Position numbers and translations under genes: made by a program. DNA of 63,922 nucleotides, the filler included, from Phoronis australis (Eukaryota > Animalia > Phoronida): the NCBI GenBank assembly GCA_002633005.1. It is 7 parts of 7 records of this genome, joined end to end, with 100 filler letters (N's around TTAATTAATTAA, not from the genome) between each part and the next. Parts side by side here need not be neighbours in the genome. Positions count along the whole stretch, not along the records: positions 1 to 24,085 come from NMRA01001363.1; 6 more parts are not named here. The stretch is one strand, 5' to 3'. Position 1 is the first letter of the stretch. The number at the start of each line of letters is the position of its first letter. The notes below the pieces were generated by a model that was given only the letters and a program-made list of their open reading frames with translations, was not told where the DNA came from and made no database searches. This document shows, one piece after another, positions 1-12,729 of this stretch.

Positions 1-2707
1 ACTCAAGAACTTGTTGGGAATCACAAAACTAACCAGTGCTTACGTCGGCACCCCAAAAACACAAACAGTTCACATCAGTATCCACCGTTGTCACACGACT
101 CACGAACCGCACCACGACTGTGGCACCTGTTAACACGAACTCTTTCTCTATTCATCCACGGTGTTTTTGAGAGTCCACAATTTTAAGGTTGGTTTACCCC
201 CAAAAAACTCTAAAACGTTTTCCTGAGTAGCTGATCGAAGTTATATCTTGTTGGGAAACGGGAATAAAGCTCCTACAAACCTTTTTGCAACATGACAAAA
301 TTAATGACACCTTGGTAAAAAATCAAAAACCAAACTCTACAGGATTCGTTAGTGTTGGAAAATATGTCGGGCCTAGGCATACTCTTACTGAAGTGAAAAT
401 CTTTAATTGTGTAGATATTTGACTAAAGACACTGACTTGTCGATAAGGTCCTACATACTTGTTCCGAATAATAGGCATTATGCTGGGTCTCCTGAAAAAA
501 TGCCACGTAAAAACCGGCTTGCTTATTCTACCTAGTCGTCGAGCACGCTTCTGCGTCTTGCTGCATGGTTCCTTGCGTGTCCGCGACGGGGGAGGACTTC
601 TCCCTAGCGGGCACGTAGGGAACTAGCGAGGCTGTTGCGTACGCTCGCTGTTATCATTCAGTAGCATGCGCTTTATCACTGGTTGGTGAAACCTCGGCAG
701 TCATTGGTTAGCTTTAGAACAAAGAAAGACATTTTAGCCTTGTCATGCAAGTGACGTAGCAGCAACTATTTCGTTTCTGTAGTAATGTTTGCAATAGCCG
801 CGTGCTTGAAACATATACGTGTACAATAAACACACATCTGGACGATTTAACCGGTGTGTTACTCATACTTTGTGAATACAGGACAGCAACGTAAACCAAA
901 GTCAGCAACAGTAGAAAGATGCACTCCGAAAAGGTGGAACCACAATTTTCTGGGATTTACATTTGTTGAACATGATTAGCACTGATTTGTCTGTACGAAC
1001 ATAGACAACAACAAAACTAAAAAATTTGCTCGAAATGCGCGAAATAAAAACGAAAGTTTACCTTCGTAAGTATGAGTTTCCTTCAAGGGCACATCAGAAA
1101 AGGGTTCCAGTAGCTCCAAGAACGAACAGTTGAATAGAAGATTTAGGGCCTAAATATTTTGCATGTCGTAATTAAATGACTACAATATCGACGCAGGCAG
1201 CTGCAGACTCCAGCTCACGTCTTGGTCTCGAGAATTTCAGCCCTGGTCCTACTGTAAGGTCGTAAAATTTGATAATTTGAATTCTGTACTTGGATGTGCG
1301 TGAACATAGAAAAATCAATGTCGAGGTACCTGTTTAAAATAAATTTTCGAAGACAGAATCGAGAACTGGGACACTCGAACAACCGTAAAACTGTTTACCA
1401 ATAGAAGCCGGGGGAATTGTAAACGTCGAGTCTCGTTATCATCGTAAGATTGGGCTATGAAATAAACACTACTGAGGTACCTGGAAAACGGCTATCCTTT
1501 TAAAATCACAAAGCTAAGGACCTTATTCTCGGAGGTGAACGTTATCTGCCCGTGCATGACTAGAAGTTTTCTCACGTTCCTAAAGCGCATGTCCAGAAAA
1601 ATAAGAAGTCATCGTGAAGGTGCGTTGTTTACGTTAACTGGTTCTTCAGAGGTATATTCTGTATAATCAGGCACGAGCGTCTGCTAGTATTGGCGAAGTG
1701 TAAAATTCCCGCGACTATTGTGTGGGTTGACGCGATTTTTGTTGTGTGTTTAATTCCAGACGTCAACTGTTAAAGTCCTGCTCTCAAACTGCCCATGTGG
1801 TTCCAGTATCCGAAAATACTTAATAAATAAAATCTTATTTTCGACATCCTTTCTTTATATTCCTTTCGCCTTTCTTGCCAAAAGCGATTTTTTAACAGTA
1901 TTTGACCCTTCTCTGTGAGCGTATAATTACCGGTTGTCATCGGTTATTTCCGTACCCACATTTCGGCTCATCAGTTCAGGAACTTGTCCTGAAAGCCGCC
2001 ATTTTTTTCTTATAACTGAATGTGCTATCGCTTGCTCGAAAAGTCTTCATTATTTTGTTTTATTAGTAATATCTCGTGATTCGTTTGCATAAGTAGTGTA
2101 TTTATAGTTTGTAGTTAGTGGTCGTTGAATTTTTTTGGAATGTTACGCGTACTTATTATTTAAAAATAGCATTGGTGTTTAGTTCCTTACGTAGGCCGGT
2201 CGAACCTAGCAACCAATATGGGTCGAACCAATTTTTTTCGTTTTGATTTTTTTTCTCTCTTTTTGAAAAAGTACTTTGCTATCATCGGAAAGTCAGTGCA
2301 TTCTACTCAGTAAAAATAGAGAAAGTATCAAAATCTGGGCAAACAGTGTAAAGTTATTGCAAGTTTTGTGGCGAAATTTGGGTCAGTTTGTTTGGATCGC
2401 GTCGGCCATATTGGAGGACGGCGGGATAAGTTAGGATTTGTGTAAATTGTTTTCGCCAAAAAATTACGGTGAAATTTAGTTAGACATATCTTTACTTACT
2501 ATTCTGCACGACTCAACAGTGTTCACCAAATTTCAGCCTCGCAGTTTTTTTTTTGTTTGACTGTCAAGCCTATAATTCTTATTCCTTGCAACTTCTTATT
2601 TTTTTTAATCATGCTTGTCAAATTCTGGTGTAAGGAAACACTATTTGGTTACCATGGTAATAGTTACATGTAAGTCCACTTTCATAACATCGAAACTTTT
2701 GCTGTTG

Positions 2708-2942
2708 CATGCGCGCACCCAGGGGGGCTCGGGGGGCTCGTTCGAGCGAAGTGGGCAAAAAGGTCAACCCCCGAGAGACAAAAAGCCCGAGAAAATGGGA
2801 GAAAAGTCCACTAAAGAAGCGCAAACGCGCAATTCACAGTGGTGCTCCCGTTTTTTTTTAGTCCGGCCACTCTTTTTTTTAGCAAAAGGCCCACATCGCC
2901 GGGAATTCGAGCCCCCCGTATTGAAGGCTGGGTGCACGCATG
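2708..2942 (+). mobile_element. MITE with 15-bp TIR and 5-bp TSD (copy 1)
   Basis: CATGCGCGCACCCAG ... CTGGGTGCACGCATG, flanked by tgttg on both sides. Confidence 0.8.
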
Positions 2943-4964
2943 TGTTGAATAGTGTTTGTAATGCTAGATGTTGTAAAGTATTGTAAATTTTAAGTTATTT
3001 AAAGTTAAAAGTTTGCCTCATTTTGGGTTAATTAATAAAAAATGATAACATTTTGTATTGGACTTGTCATACTTATGTGCTCGAACGAGCCCCCTTTGGA
3101 GAAATGGAAAAAGGTCTGCCTCAGTCAGAGAAGCACGAACTCCGAAAAAAGTAGAAAACGAGACGATATATTCCACTAGAAGATAGGAAGTACCAAAATT
3201 TAGCGTCTGCAATTCAAAACTCTGAACATACCCAGTGAATCTTATAGTAAAAGATAGACATTCCCAAAAATTCCAGCCCCATTTTTTAAAGCTTGGTGCG
3301 CTCATACAAAGTCTGGGAAAATCTCTGTTGAAAGCCAACAACTTTGCACAGTTCGCCAGAAGTACCCAAGTTCTAAATAAACCTCGTTTGAGCGAGAGTT
3401 GTGGCCAGCGACCAGGTAGGTATAAGGGTAGCATTGGCCCAAAACTGCATGGGTCTACTAACAAGCTAGCTGTATTTTGACGATAGTCTTCATACTGGTG
3501 AGCTGGCACTGAGGCTAGCTAAGGGCTGCCGCGGCAGTGTGACACAGGATTAACCAGCCCGTAATTTTATGCAAGTGTCTGAAACTACCTTTGAATATAT
3601 ACGGCATTTATGATTTGAACATTTTACTTCGACAAAACAGCTTGCAACCGGATGCCTTTACTGTTCGCCTGCGTCTTGTCTCAATCCGCACGGGGTCCAA
3701 TAGCCTGCGGTCCCGAGGCCGGCAAAATAATTTCTGTCAAAATTTATTCGCCACATTTCTTCAGCAAATTCGATAACATTGTACATATTTTGATTTTATT
3801 AAAATTAAGGCGCGCTGTCCATTATTTTATCCCCGTTTGCAGGCTGGTAACAGGCACTCACACTGACGGCGTTTTCTTACCCTGGGTTCCTGAATGAATT
3901 GTACTTCCGGGTTCGCGGCAAGTTCAAAATGGCGGTGGTTCTTCGGGTGCGAATCGTGAGTGGCACGTTCATTTAAACTTTTTTCTAGTACGGACAGTGT
4001 ATTAATTATGGAGTGGGTACTTCTTGGATCCTTATAACATCCTCTAACCATGTAATAAGGGTTAACAACGCGTGAGAGCAGGACTTTAATGTTCGTGGAT
4101 TTTGATGCTTGCATGATCATCAACTATGCTGCAGTGTAAAACCCGACACACAACACAGACGGGCCCTGTTTTGCAGTCAAAAGGCCCTATAGCAATGTTT
4201 TGTTGAGAAAACGTGATATCTTTTACGTAAACCACGGGGTTTCGTCGACGGAATGTATAATCGAGAGCAAAATTTTCTGCAAATGAAACAAAATGTGGTC
4301 GCTTATTATAAGCAGTGGATTTTACTGATGAAGTTGTTTTTCTGTGAAACATGTTTTGCAAGAGAAAAGTTTTGTGCCTGATTCAGAGCTCTTGAAGTAA
4401 ACTTGAGTAGGCGAGTTCTTATTTACGATGACTCATCGATGACATTTTTCACAAATTTCTTTGAATGCATCAAAGGAATTATTCTGCCTTCGTAAAGTTT
4501 AAATACATGTACATGTATACGTACTTATCTCGATTGGTAACCTCGACGTTAATTGAAATTTTGAACGCGTGTGCGTAAGAAAAAACAAGTGGGACACTCT
4601 TGATCGCCGGATGATACATCAATATTTTGTACAAAATGTTCGATTTACCCTCCAACAACGTAAATAACAGAAATCGAAATATCTGTTTGAGATAATCTAT
4701 AATATTACGGATAGCTGAAGTTTTGATGGTACTGCACTTGACACCATTACCACTCACGCTGCTTCCACGGTTGCGACACCCTCTCGTGGTTTGCTTCTCT
4801 CGCAGACTCACGCGCTCAGCCTCGTACGCTAAAAAACGTGACGGGAATTTCGAAAGTCACACGTCTAGTATGAGGGAAGTTCTCGTTTGTGCAGATAATG
4901 TCCATCTCGGAGGGGACATATGAGATTACGAAAATACCCAATGTGTTCCAAATGGTTAGTCTGC

Positions 4965-5249
4965 CATGCGCGCACCCAGGAGGGGGGGTGGGCTCGGGGG
5001 GCTCGAACGAGCTCCCCAATTTGGCGAACTGGGCAAAAAGGTCCGCGTCCCAGAGACAAAAAGTCCGGGAAAAAGGTATAAAAGTCCACTAAATAAGCGC
5101 ANGCGAACTGGGCAAAAAGGTCCGCGTCCCAGAGACAAAAAGTCCGGGAAGATGGTATAAAAGTCCACTAAATAAGCTCAAAATGTCCACAACGTCAGAA
5201 ATTCGAGCCCCCCCCCCACCTCCCATAGTGAAGGCTGGGTGCGCGCATG
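4965..5249 (+). mobile_element. MITE with 15-bp TIR and 5-bp TSD (copy 2), just upstream of the Ddc first coding exon
   Basis: CATGCGCGCACCCAG ... CTGGGTGCGCGCATG, flanked by tctgc on both sides; internal similarity to 2708-2942. Confidence 0.8.
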
Positions 5250-5307
5250 TCTGCGGTTTTAGTTCCGAAGATTTTAATATTTTTTGTACACTTCGTAGGA
5301 AGCAATC

Positions 5308-5508
5308 ATGGATTCGGAAGAATTTCGCCGGCGAGGCAAAGAGATGGTGGATTACGTGGCTGACTATTTGGACAACATCCGGGAACGACGAGTGTATCCC
5401 ACTATCAAGCCGGGCTATCTCAGGAAACTTATACCCGAGGAAGCGCCGGTAGAGGGCGAGAACTGGGATGACGTCGTAAAGGATATCGAAAGAGTCATTA
5501 TGCCCGGG
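5308..5508 (+). CDS. Ddc: DOPA decarboxylase (aromatic L-amino acid decarboxylase), coding exon 1 of 11
   Basis: MDSEEFRRRGKEMVDYVADYLDNIRERRVYP...IERVIMPG is the typical AADC N-terminus. AG acceptor at 5297-5298 lies just upstream of the ATG; GT donor (gtaagt) at 5509. 201 coding nt. Confidence 0.97.
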
Positions 5509-7051
5509 GTAAGTACACATTGGGGGCAAAGTTCAATCATTAAATTATTCATCAGTGATAGACAGCGCGCGTAGCTGAAGATGTTGCAAGCCCTATGCAA
5601 AGCTTTATGGATTCCGCGTCACTAAGGCATTTAGTTGTAAGCCGAGTGCGTGTGGTGTGCAAAAAGCAATGTTCATTCAATTGGACGAAATCGCAATTGC
5701 TCCAATTTATATCAATACGACACCTGAGCGAACTAAGACCTGTTTTTGTTTCCAAAAAAGAAAAAAAAGCAGTTGGCTGCTTTCAAAAAAGTATGATATT
5801 TGTGTTAAGAAGTCCAGAATTGCTCCATGATTTTGGGTTGTTCGAGGTTAAATGCGTAGACTCAGGCTACTCCTTGAGATCACAGAAAGGTCTCCGTTCA
5901 CAGAACTTCGTGCAGGATTTGAAAATGGGGCATTCTTTTCATCTTACTCTGGCAACTTTTCGTTTTCACTCAACTACAGTAGAAGCGTAGGTTATTAATT
6001 CCGATTCTGAACAGAAACATAAATACCAAGAACGGATATTAGTTCAGCGTCGGCAAATGCATTCGATATTTTATGACAAGATGCGTGGGGCAATTGTAAA
6101 TACATTTTCTAAATGGATATGAAGAGCTCGTCATTTTCCATTGATTTTTCTTCAGCAGTAAGTCACCGTTCGCTAATTTCCTCCTTATGCGCTGTGTAAA
6201 CACACTATAATTACCTCTAATTGTGTTCACAGTTAAGACCGACCATAAAAGACCTTTTCAGCTATTTGAAATGTCGCCGTTATACAGTGTGATTAGATTG
6301 AACATGCACGTACGTGTAGATCAGCCATTTTGAATATACAACCTCTGAAATAACTGCCCATGTGATTAGTGATGATATCTGTGAGACGTCGGATTAAAAC
6401 CAAACATTCTGAATGTATTCTAAAGCCAGCTATTTCGTGCTTTGCATGTTTTATAGATTTTGCCCGTTCATAAAATTGTTGAGACTCCATACGTATACGT
6501 TCTGTTTTAATTCAGAGATTATTCTTGCATCAGTGTTCAGAAATTTAACTTGGACTTTTGCATTTTTCAAAACAATTTTCATTTTTTCGCAAAACGTGTT
6601 TGAACAATCAAATGTTCATATAATGTAGTAACTTTAAAACAGTAAGTAATCTAAACCTTGCTTAACTCGTCATCGCATAACTCGTCAGTCTGCATAACAT
6701 GTAAGTCTGCATAAGTCGTCATTTGTTCTGACCCCAATGTTACGTCGTTTCGCAAGCGGATTCTGTCCTGACATTCACAATTTTTCACATGCATTTTTTT
6801 CTCGTAAGTCATCATTAATGGACTTACAGAAAATCTTGTGAAAAAACGCACTACTTCGCTACCCATGCATGTATAATGATACCCGCATGCGCGTAGGGTT
6901 CCGAAGGTGACGAGTTGAGCGGGCATCCTTCAATAGAATACCTTAGTTGCAGCAGTGAAGTGGACTTGTGCTTGTTTGTTATTCAGCTGCCATGTTTGTT
7001 GTGGAAAGTTTCTTCGGTCCAGTGATGCGTGTATGAATGACGATATTGCAG

Positions 7052-7165
7052 GTGACTCACTGGCATCATCCGAACTTCCACGCCTACTTCCCTACTGCCA
7101 ATTCATTCCAGTCAATCTGCGCAGACATACTCTCGGATGCCATCGGCTGCATTGGATTCAGTTGG
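7052..7165 (+). CDS. Ddc: Ddc coding exon 2
   Basis: [38 protein letters not shown]; AG/GT flanks; 114 nt, phase 0. Confidence 0.97.
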
Positions 7166-8615
7166 GTAACACTTTTACCTTGGTGTCATTAGACGAGCGA
7201 TACGTGCGTTTTTTGTGCGCTTATAAACCATAATTTTACCCTGTCCAGTGACATTTTGGGAGAGTCTTTTTGTGAGTGGAGCAGCAATTTTTGTAATGGG
7301 CAGAGCGGGAACTTATCTGCGCAATTAATTGTTAACTGTTACGCATGCAGCGGTGTATTGCGTAGAGAGAAGAGACTCGCGAAGCATTTGTGGCGAGAAA
7401 TCGTGAATTCTTTCCCATAATTCAACATTCCAGTCTCACAGATCAATCGTCTCAGTCACCATTTTCTTATGGTTCGTTAGCAAAGCGCTTTTCACTCGTG
7501 TGATTTTGTGTGGTCTTGCTTCTGGCGATGTTCATACGTCTACGGAACGTACCCTAGGTCTAATGATCACCACGTGTCGACGATAAGAGGTAATAAAAAT
7601 TAATGTATCTGGGGTTGTAATCGAACGCTACCGCAAAATACTTACCTGGCCCTTGAAACCCTTACCACTCTCCACAAAACTGTTCTGCGCGCCACAAGAA
7701 CTCTTGCCATGCACAAAGCCCCTCACTGTGCACAAATTTGTATGCAAAATCCCTGTGATGTTTGGTTGTTAAGCAGCTGATATGATTTGTACATCTACGT
7801 GATCAGTTTTGCAGCACGTTGTAAGTGTTTCGATTAACCTTGCCACCCCTGTATACCATGTTGAACCGCAATCACAGCGTCATCTAGCGTTAAAGGGGAT
7901 GGTACTTTTGGGCATCCACCCATTCAAACCGTCCTCTCGCAAATGGTCAATGCAAACAAACAAACCTGAATTAGTCTACTTTTCATCTCCAGTTGCTAGT
8001 TACCTTTTAATTGATCCCACAGGCTGGTAGTCAGATTGTGCACTAACTTAGGTTGCCTATTACACGTAGCAACAAGATTTACAATTGAATGAAAACGCTC
8101 TTGCTGTCCAAGTTCAGCAAAGTTAAAGTGAATCATCCGAAAAGCCTCTTTTATTTTGATGTTTCAAATTCAAACTACACCACATACACCAAGTTCACCC
8201 ACCTTCGGCAAGTTGTTATGTCAAAACATGGTCTTTGAAATTGGGCTCGTTCCCGCCATCAATTTGTTTAATTGTACCTTACTCATATATGAAGAAATGC
8301 TTGAACCTCATTGTTTCTGAAGAATAAATTTGTACAGGCGTCTTGTTAGCCGCCGAAACCAAAGTGGTTGGTGTATAGGCTGGCTTCGTGAATGGACACC
8401 AAAAGAAGAAAGAGCGCACAGCTTGATACGTAGGGATATTTTGATATATTTTAGTACCGACGCTCGTCATTTTAGTTTTGACACCACAAGAAGTTGCGAG
8501 TAGGGGCTCATAGGTTTTGATATTCGGAAATTTGAAAAAGGTCTCGCAGATGAAACAAAATATTCGGTTTTATCAATGTGCCTTTACCTTTATGGGCCCA
8601 AATGTGCCCTATTCC

Positions 8616-9937
8616 TTTTCATGCACCCACATATTTATATGTGGAGGCATTATGCAGTCATCTCCGTCCGTCTGTCCGTCCGTCCGTCCGTCCGTCCGTC
8701 CGTCCGTCCGTCTGGCGTCAGGCGTCCGCTGCTGTATCTCCAAAACGCCTTGACGTATGTTCATGAAATTTTGTACATGTGTTTCTTCCGTGGATAGGAC
8801 GGCATAAGCGAACATAGGGGCGGATACGACTACCGGTGTGCCCCCTAGTGGCAATTTTAGTTTTTTACGTTTATCTCTCGATCTTCATAAGTCCTCAACG
8901 GATTTTCATAAAATTTTGTACATAGACACCTATTAGTGAGATGACGCTATTCTTCCGTTTTCGGATGGATTCGATGTAGTTTGCGCCACTTGGCCATTTT
9001 TACTGTTTTCGAGTCTGTTTTTTTAAGTCCACCCCTCTATCAACCAAACCACTCAAAGGATGATTGTAAAAATTGGCACATATGTTCTTATTATAAAGTG
9101 GACAGATGACGATGATTTTCCGACGACCTCGACTACTATGGCGCCTCCTAGTAGCAATTATTTTACCCCGATGGCTGTATCTCCTAAACCCTGTGCAAGA
9201 TCTTTATTAAATTCAGAAAGTGTATTGATATGAAGTTGACAACGAACAACGACGACTCAGACGGATCTGACGAACACTGTGTCCCTGAGTGGAAATTGTC
9301 TTTTTTTCTGTTTTCGTCTGTTTCTCTGAAGCTGCTTGACGGATTGTTATGAAGTTTGATGAATAGCTTCTTACTGAAATGATGACATGCTCCTGTTTTC
9401 AGATGGAATTGAGGAATTTTGCGCCACCTGGTGGCCATTTTTGCTGTTTCCAAATTTTGGTTTTTGGCGTCCACCACTCCATCAACCAAAACATTCTAGG
9501 AATGGTTTTGAAAATTGGCGTATGTGTTCTCAGTGTGAAAAGGACGTTCAATGATGGCGACTGAGTACTGTGGCGCCTCCTAGTGGTAGTTTTGTTTGTT
9601 TTGAGCCCATTGCTGTATCTCTTAAACCCATTGCAGGATCTTTATTAAATTTAGTAAGTGTTTTTATATGAAAATAACAACAGACGACGACGACTTTCAG
9701 GTGGATCCAACGGACGCTGTGCCCACAAGTTCCAATTTCATTTTATTCTGTTTTCCTTTGTTTTTCTGAAGCGCCTGGACAGATTTTCGTGAAATATTGC
9801 ATGTTCCCGTTTTTGGACGGATTGTACGTTTTGGCGCCATCTAGTGGCCATTTTTACGATGCAAATAATTTACCCTAAAAGCACACCATTTGCGATGCAT
9901 TCGTGGGCGCATTTTGACGCTCTGCGTTGCTCTAGTT
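8616..9937 (+). mobile_element. Helentron-associated interspersed element (HINE/DINE-1-like), copy 1, Ddc intron 2
   Basis: 5' ATGCACCCAC with a partial inverted copy, (GTCC)n microsatellite at about 8663-8712, about 145-bp diverged internal repeats, 3' subTIR GTGGGCGCAT (9903-9912), small stem-loop, CTAGTT end. Confidence 0.75.
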
Positions 9938-10002
9938 ACCTATGTCCGCTACAAAAAATATTCACGCACACAACAACGTTTAAAGATTTTTTTGTCATGT
10001 AG

Positions 10003-10125
10003 GCTTCTAGCCCTGCTTGCACCGAGCTCGAAAACGTCGTTATGGACTGGCTTGGGAAGATACTGAAGTTGCCCGAGGAATTCTTGTCTTTTCCGTCACA
10101 TGGAAAAGGGGGTGGAGTTATTCAG
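10003..10125 (+). CDS. Ddc: Ddc coding exon 3
   Basis: [41 protein letters not shown]; AG/GT flanks; 123 nt. Confidence 0.97.
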
Positions 10126-10638
10126 GTACTACTTAATGGTGTCAACTTGCAAGAAATGTTAGCTTGCTTAAAAATGCTACAAACCCGACATCCGTCAATG
10201 AATCTGGTCGAGTCTTGATTTAGACCTCTAGCGTAGCAGCAATAAAGCCGGTTTGTGTTTGTGCCTTACTCAGATGAAAAGGGGTTTCTGAGCTTGCAAA
10301 AAGCTGATTACTTGACACCATCTTCGTCACATAAAATGACCTGATGTAACACCTTATTGAGCCTGGTCTCGAGCAGTAAGGAACTGTCAGTTCTTCAGAA
10401 GCTCAGAAATTACTTCTGAACTGAGCAGAGTAAGATGAAGTAAGACGATAAGGGTCACTTTTTTACGGAATGCTGGCTTACGGCGGCATCTTTCAAGCAT
10501 TTTTTGTTTTTGTTTCAGTGCATCAATTAGTCAAAGTATTTTGTACAGTTGAATTATCTTGTGTATTGAATGAAATCACTGGTTTGAATTTAATTTGCAT
10601 GTGTCTGTACACTTTTTCTCTCTTATTTGTTCATCCAG

Positions 10639-10773
10639 GGAACAGCTAGTGAGTCTACCGTTGTTTGCCTGTTTGCGGCTAGGAGTAAGGCCATACACGA
10701 GCAACGAGAACAAGACCCTTCTCTCTCAATCTCTGACGTCATGGGTCGACTTGTTGGATACACGTCTGATCAG
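10639..10773 (+). CDS. Ddc: Ddc coding exon 4
   Basis: GTASESTVVCLFAARSKA...MGRLVGYTSDQ; AG/GT flanks; 135 nt. Confidence 0.97.
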
Positions 10774-11404
10774 GTACCGGTATTTTTTGAGACACATCAT
10801 AAGTAATAGACCCGCCCAAATTTCTTTGTCAAAACATTAATTTTGCATTCGAATTAAGATTACTTACCGTTTTAGTTTCAACTTGCACCTTTATTCAGAA
10901 TAGAAGTGAGCTCTGAGCTTGTGAAACTTGGGCTGCTTTCGCTAGCACTTGCTGGGAAAAACCTTCGCTTATGGAACATAAACAGGGCATTCTATCCAAT
11001 AACTTATAAATTCAGTCCCACAATTCTGATTTCCATCATCACCGACCAAACATTGCAGTGACTAACATTTTGCTAGGTTCGCTTGTTAGGTCTCGAGCAT
11101 ACACATCACACTATTTGGATGTTTAGTGATGACGTGCCAAGGCTTAAAATGACGCAATTGGTACCCGGAAGTAAAAATACACAGGCCGTCACTCTGGGTC
11201 CAGAACGTCATAATGTCGTCAAAATGACGTCATGCTAAACGTTCTTGAAATATTATGATGTCTATGGTCTCGAGCATAATCTCACCTTTCACTTATGTGA
11301 TTTTGCGTGATGTCCTATGCGACCTTGCTTTTCTCACAAGAAACTTGGTCTACCGAAAACACTCCAGGCAAATCGTTACTGCTGTAGACTGAACTCAATG
11401 TTAA

Positions 11405-12729
11405 AGGCAAAGGCAACCTTCTTTCATGTCACTTTTAGCAAAAATAAGGTTCGTTGATTATCCCAGACACATTTTTCACTTAATTACAGCTTTTCGTAAT
11501 TTGATTTATTTCTCGTCCTCTACTCCGGAAGTGACGTTTTGGGAGGCAAGAGTTTCGCGCCAATTTCTTTTCATTGTAGTCTGACCGTGAGGGCTGTCGA
11601 GTCAGTCATTGTTCTACCTCGGTTGTGATAAGTTCGGTCGTCTTTTGCTTTTGTTTACAAGTCAGTCAACATGCCACGCTGTTGCTTCGTGCCGGGATGT
11701 ACTCATTATCGTCTCACACGTGCTTTGGGTACCTTGCGTCGCTTTCCGAAGGATGATTCACTTCGCCGTACTTGGCTAGCTCGTTCATGTGAAGAACGCA
11801 GCGCTACCCGTCCATGCAACGTACAAAGCAGTGGAGGGTTACCGAGTGTGTGGCAAGCATTTTCTGCCGTCACATTACGACAGAGATATGTACGCTGAAT
11901 TGGTGAAGGTCCCATCGAAACAACGCCTGAAGGAGGGTACCATACCGTCGCTGTTGATTCCCGGCAGTGCCCCGCCGCCAACCCCGATAAGTGCGTTTTT
12001 TGAAGCGAGAAGTCTCGCGAGCTGTGGCCACTATATACAGTGACTGGAGGCACTTCATCTACTGTCACCCGTGCCTCCGAACGTACCCCCATTGCGTGCA
12101 ATTCCGGGAACTAGCAGTGATTCGCCCTGTGCTCTTGTCTCTAACCCAGAGCCTGTAAGCAGCCCTGCAGCGATGTTGAGTAGTGGGAGTGAATACAGGC
12201 CCAGTTCGACACCCAGTGAAGAGGACAGTTCGTCATCTAATGAACAGATCGGTGAGCTTAAGCCTGATAAGTTTAATGTGGACTTGTATTGGAGCTATTT
12301 AGAAGGTGCCAGGTGTGTGGCAAGGGAGTCACACGGCGGGATCTAAGCAGTTTGGGTGCTCAGATCACCCTCCAGTGGGAGTGTGTCGCGGGACACTCGG
12401 GCAAGTGGGACAGTACGTGAGACGATAATGAGTACACCCTAGTACACAGCAACAGCGTGGCATATTGACTGACTCGTAAGCAAAAGCAAACGGCGACCGA
12501 ACTTATCACAACCGAGGTAGAACAATGACTGACTCGACTGCTCTCACAGTCAGACTATATGAAAAGAAATTGGCGCGAAATTCTTGCCTCCCAAAACGTC
12601 ACATCCGGAGTAGACGACGAGTAATTAATTAAATTACGAAAAGCAGTAAATAACTGAAAAAATATGTCTGGGATAATCAACGAACCTTATTTTTGCTAAA
12701 ATTGACATGAAAAAAGGTTGTCTTCGCCT
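11405..12729 (+). mobile_element. Internally deleted Kolobok-type DNA transposon in Ddc intron 4
   Basis: TTAA on both sides (11401-11404, 12730-12733); AGG...CCT termini; 313-bp imperfect TIRs (11405-11717 / 12417-12729); frameshifted THAP ORF inside. Confidence 0.85.
11671..12419 (+). pseudogene. Frameshifted, truncated THAP-domain transposase N-terminus
   Basis: MPRCCFVPGC...RFPKD...W [frameshift] ...RVCGKHF...LKEGTIPS is a C2CH THAP domain. It is followed by a Ser/Pro linker with SEYRPS, then GAQITLQWECVAGHSGKWDS, then the right TIR. No DDE core. Confidence 0.8.

Noticed and set aside
5024-5176. Tandem duplication inside the MITE upstream of Ddc
   Set aside because: The junction is a single N (5102), so it is probably a contig overlap artefact.
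8517-8854. ORFs with PSVRPSVR / DGRTDGRT repeats
   Set aside because: They are translations of the (GTCC)n microsatellite of the HINE element.
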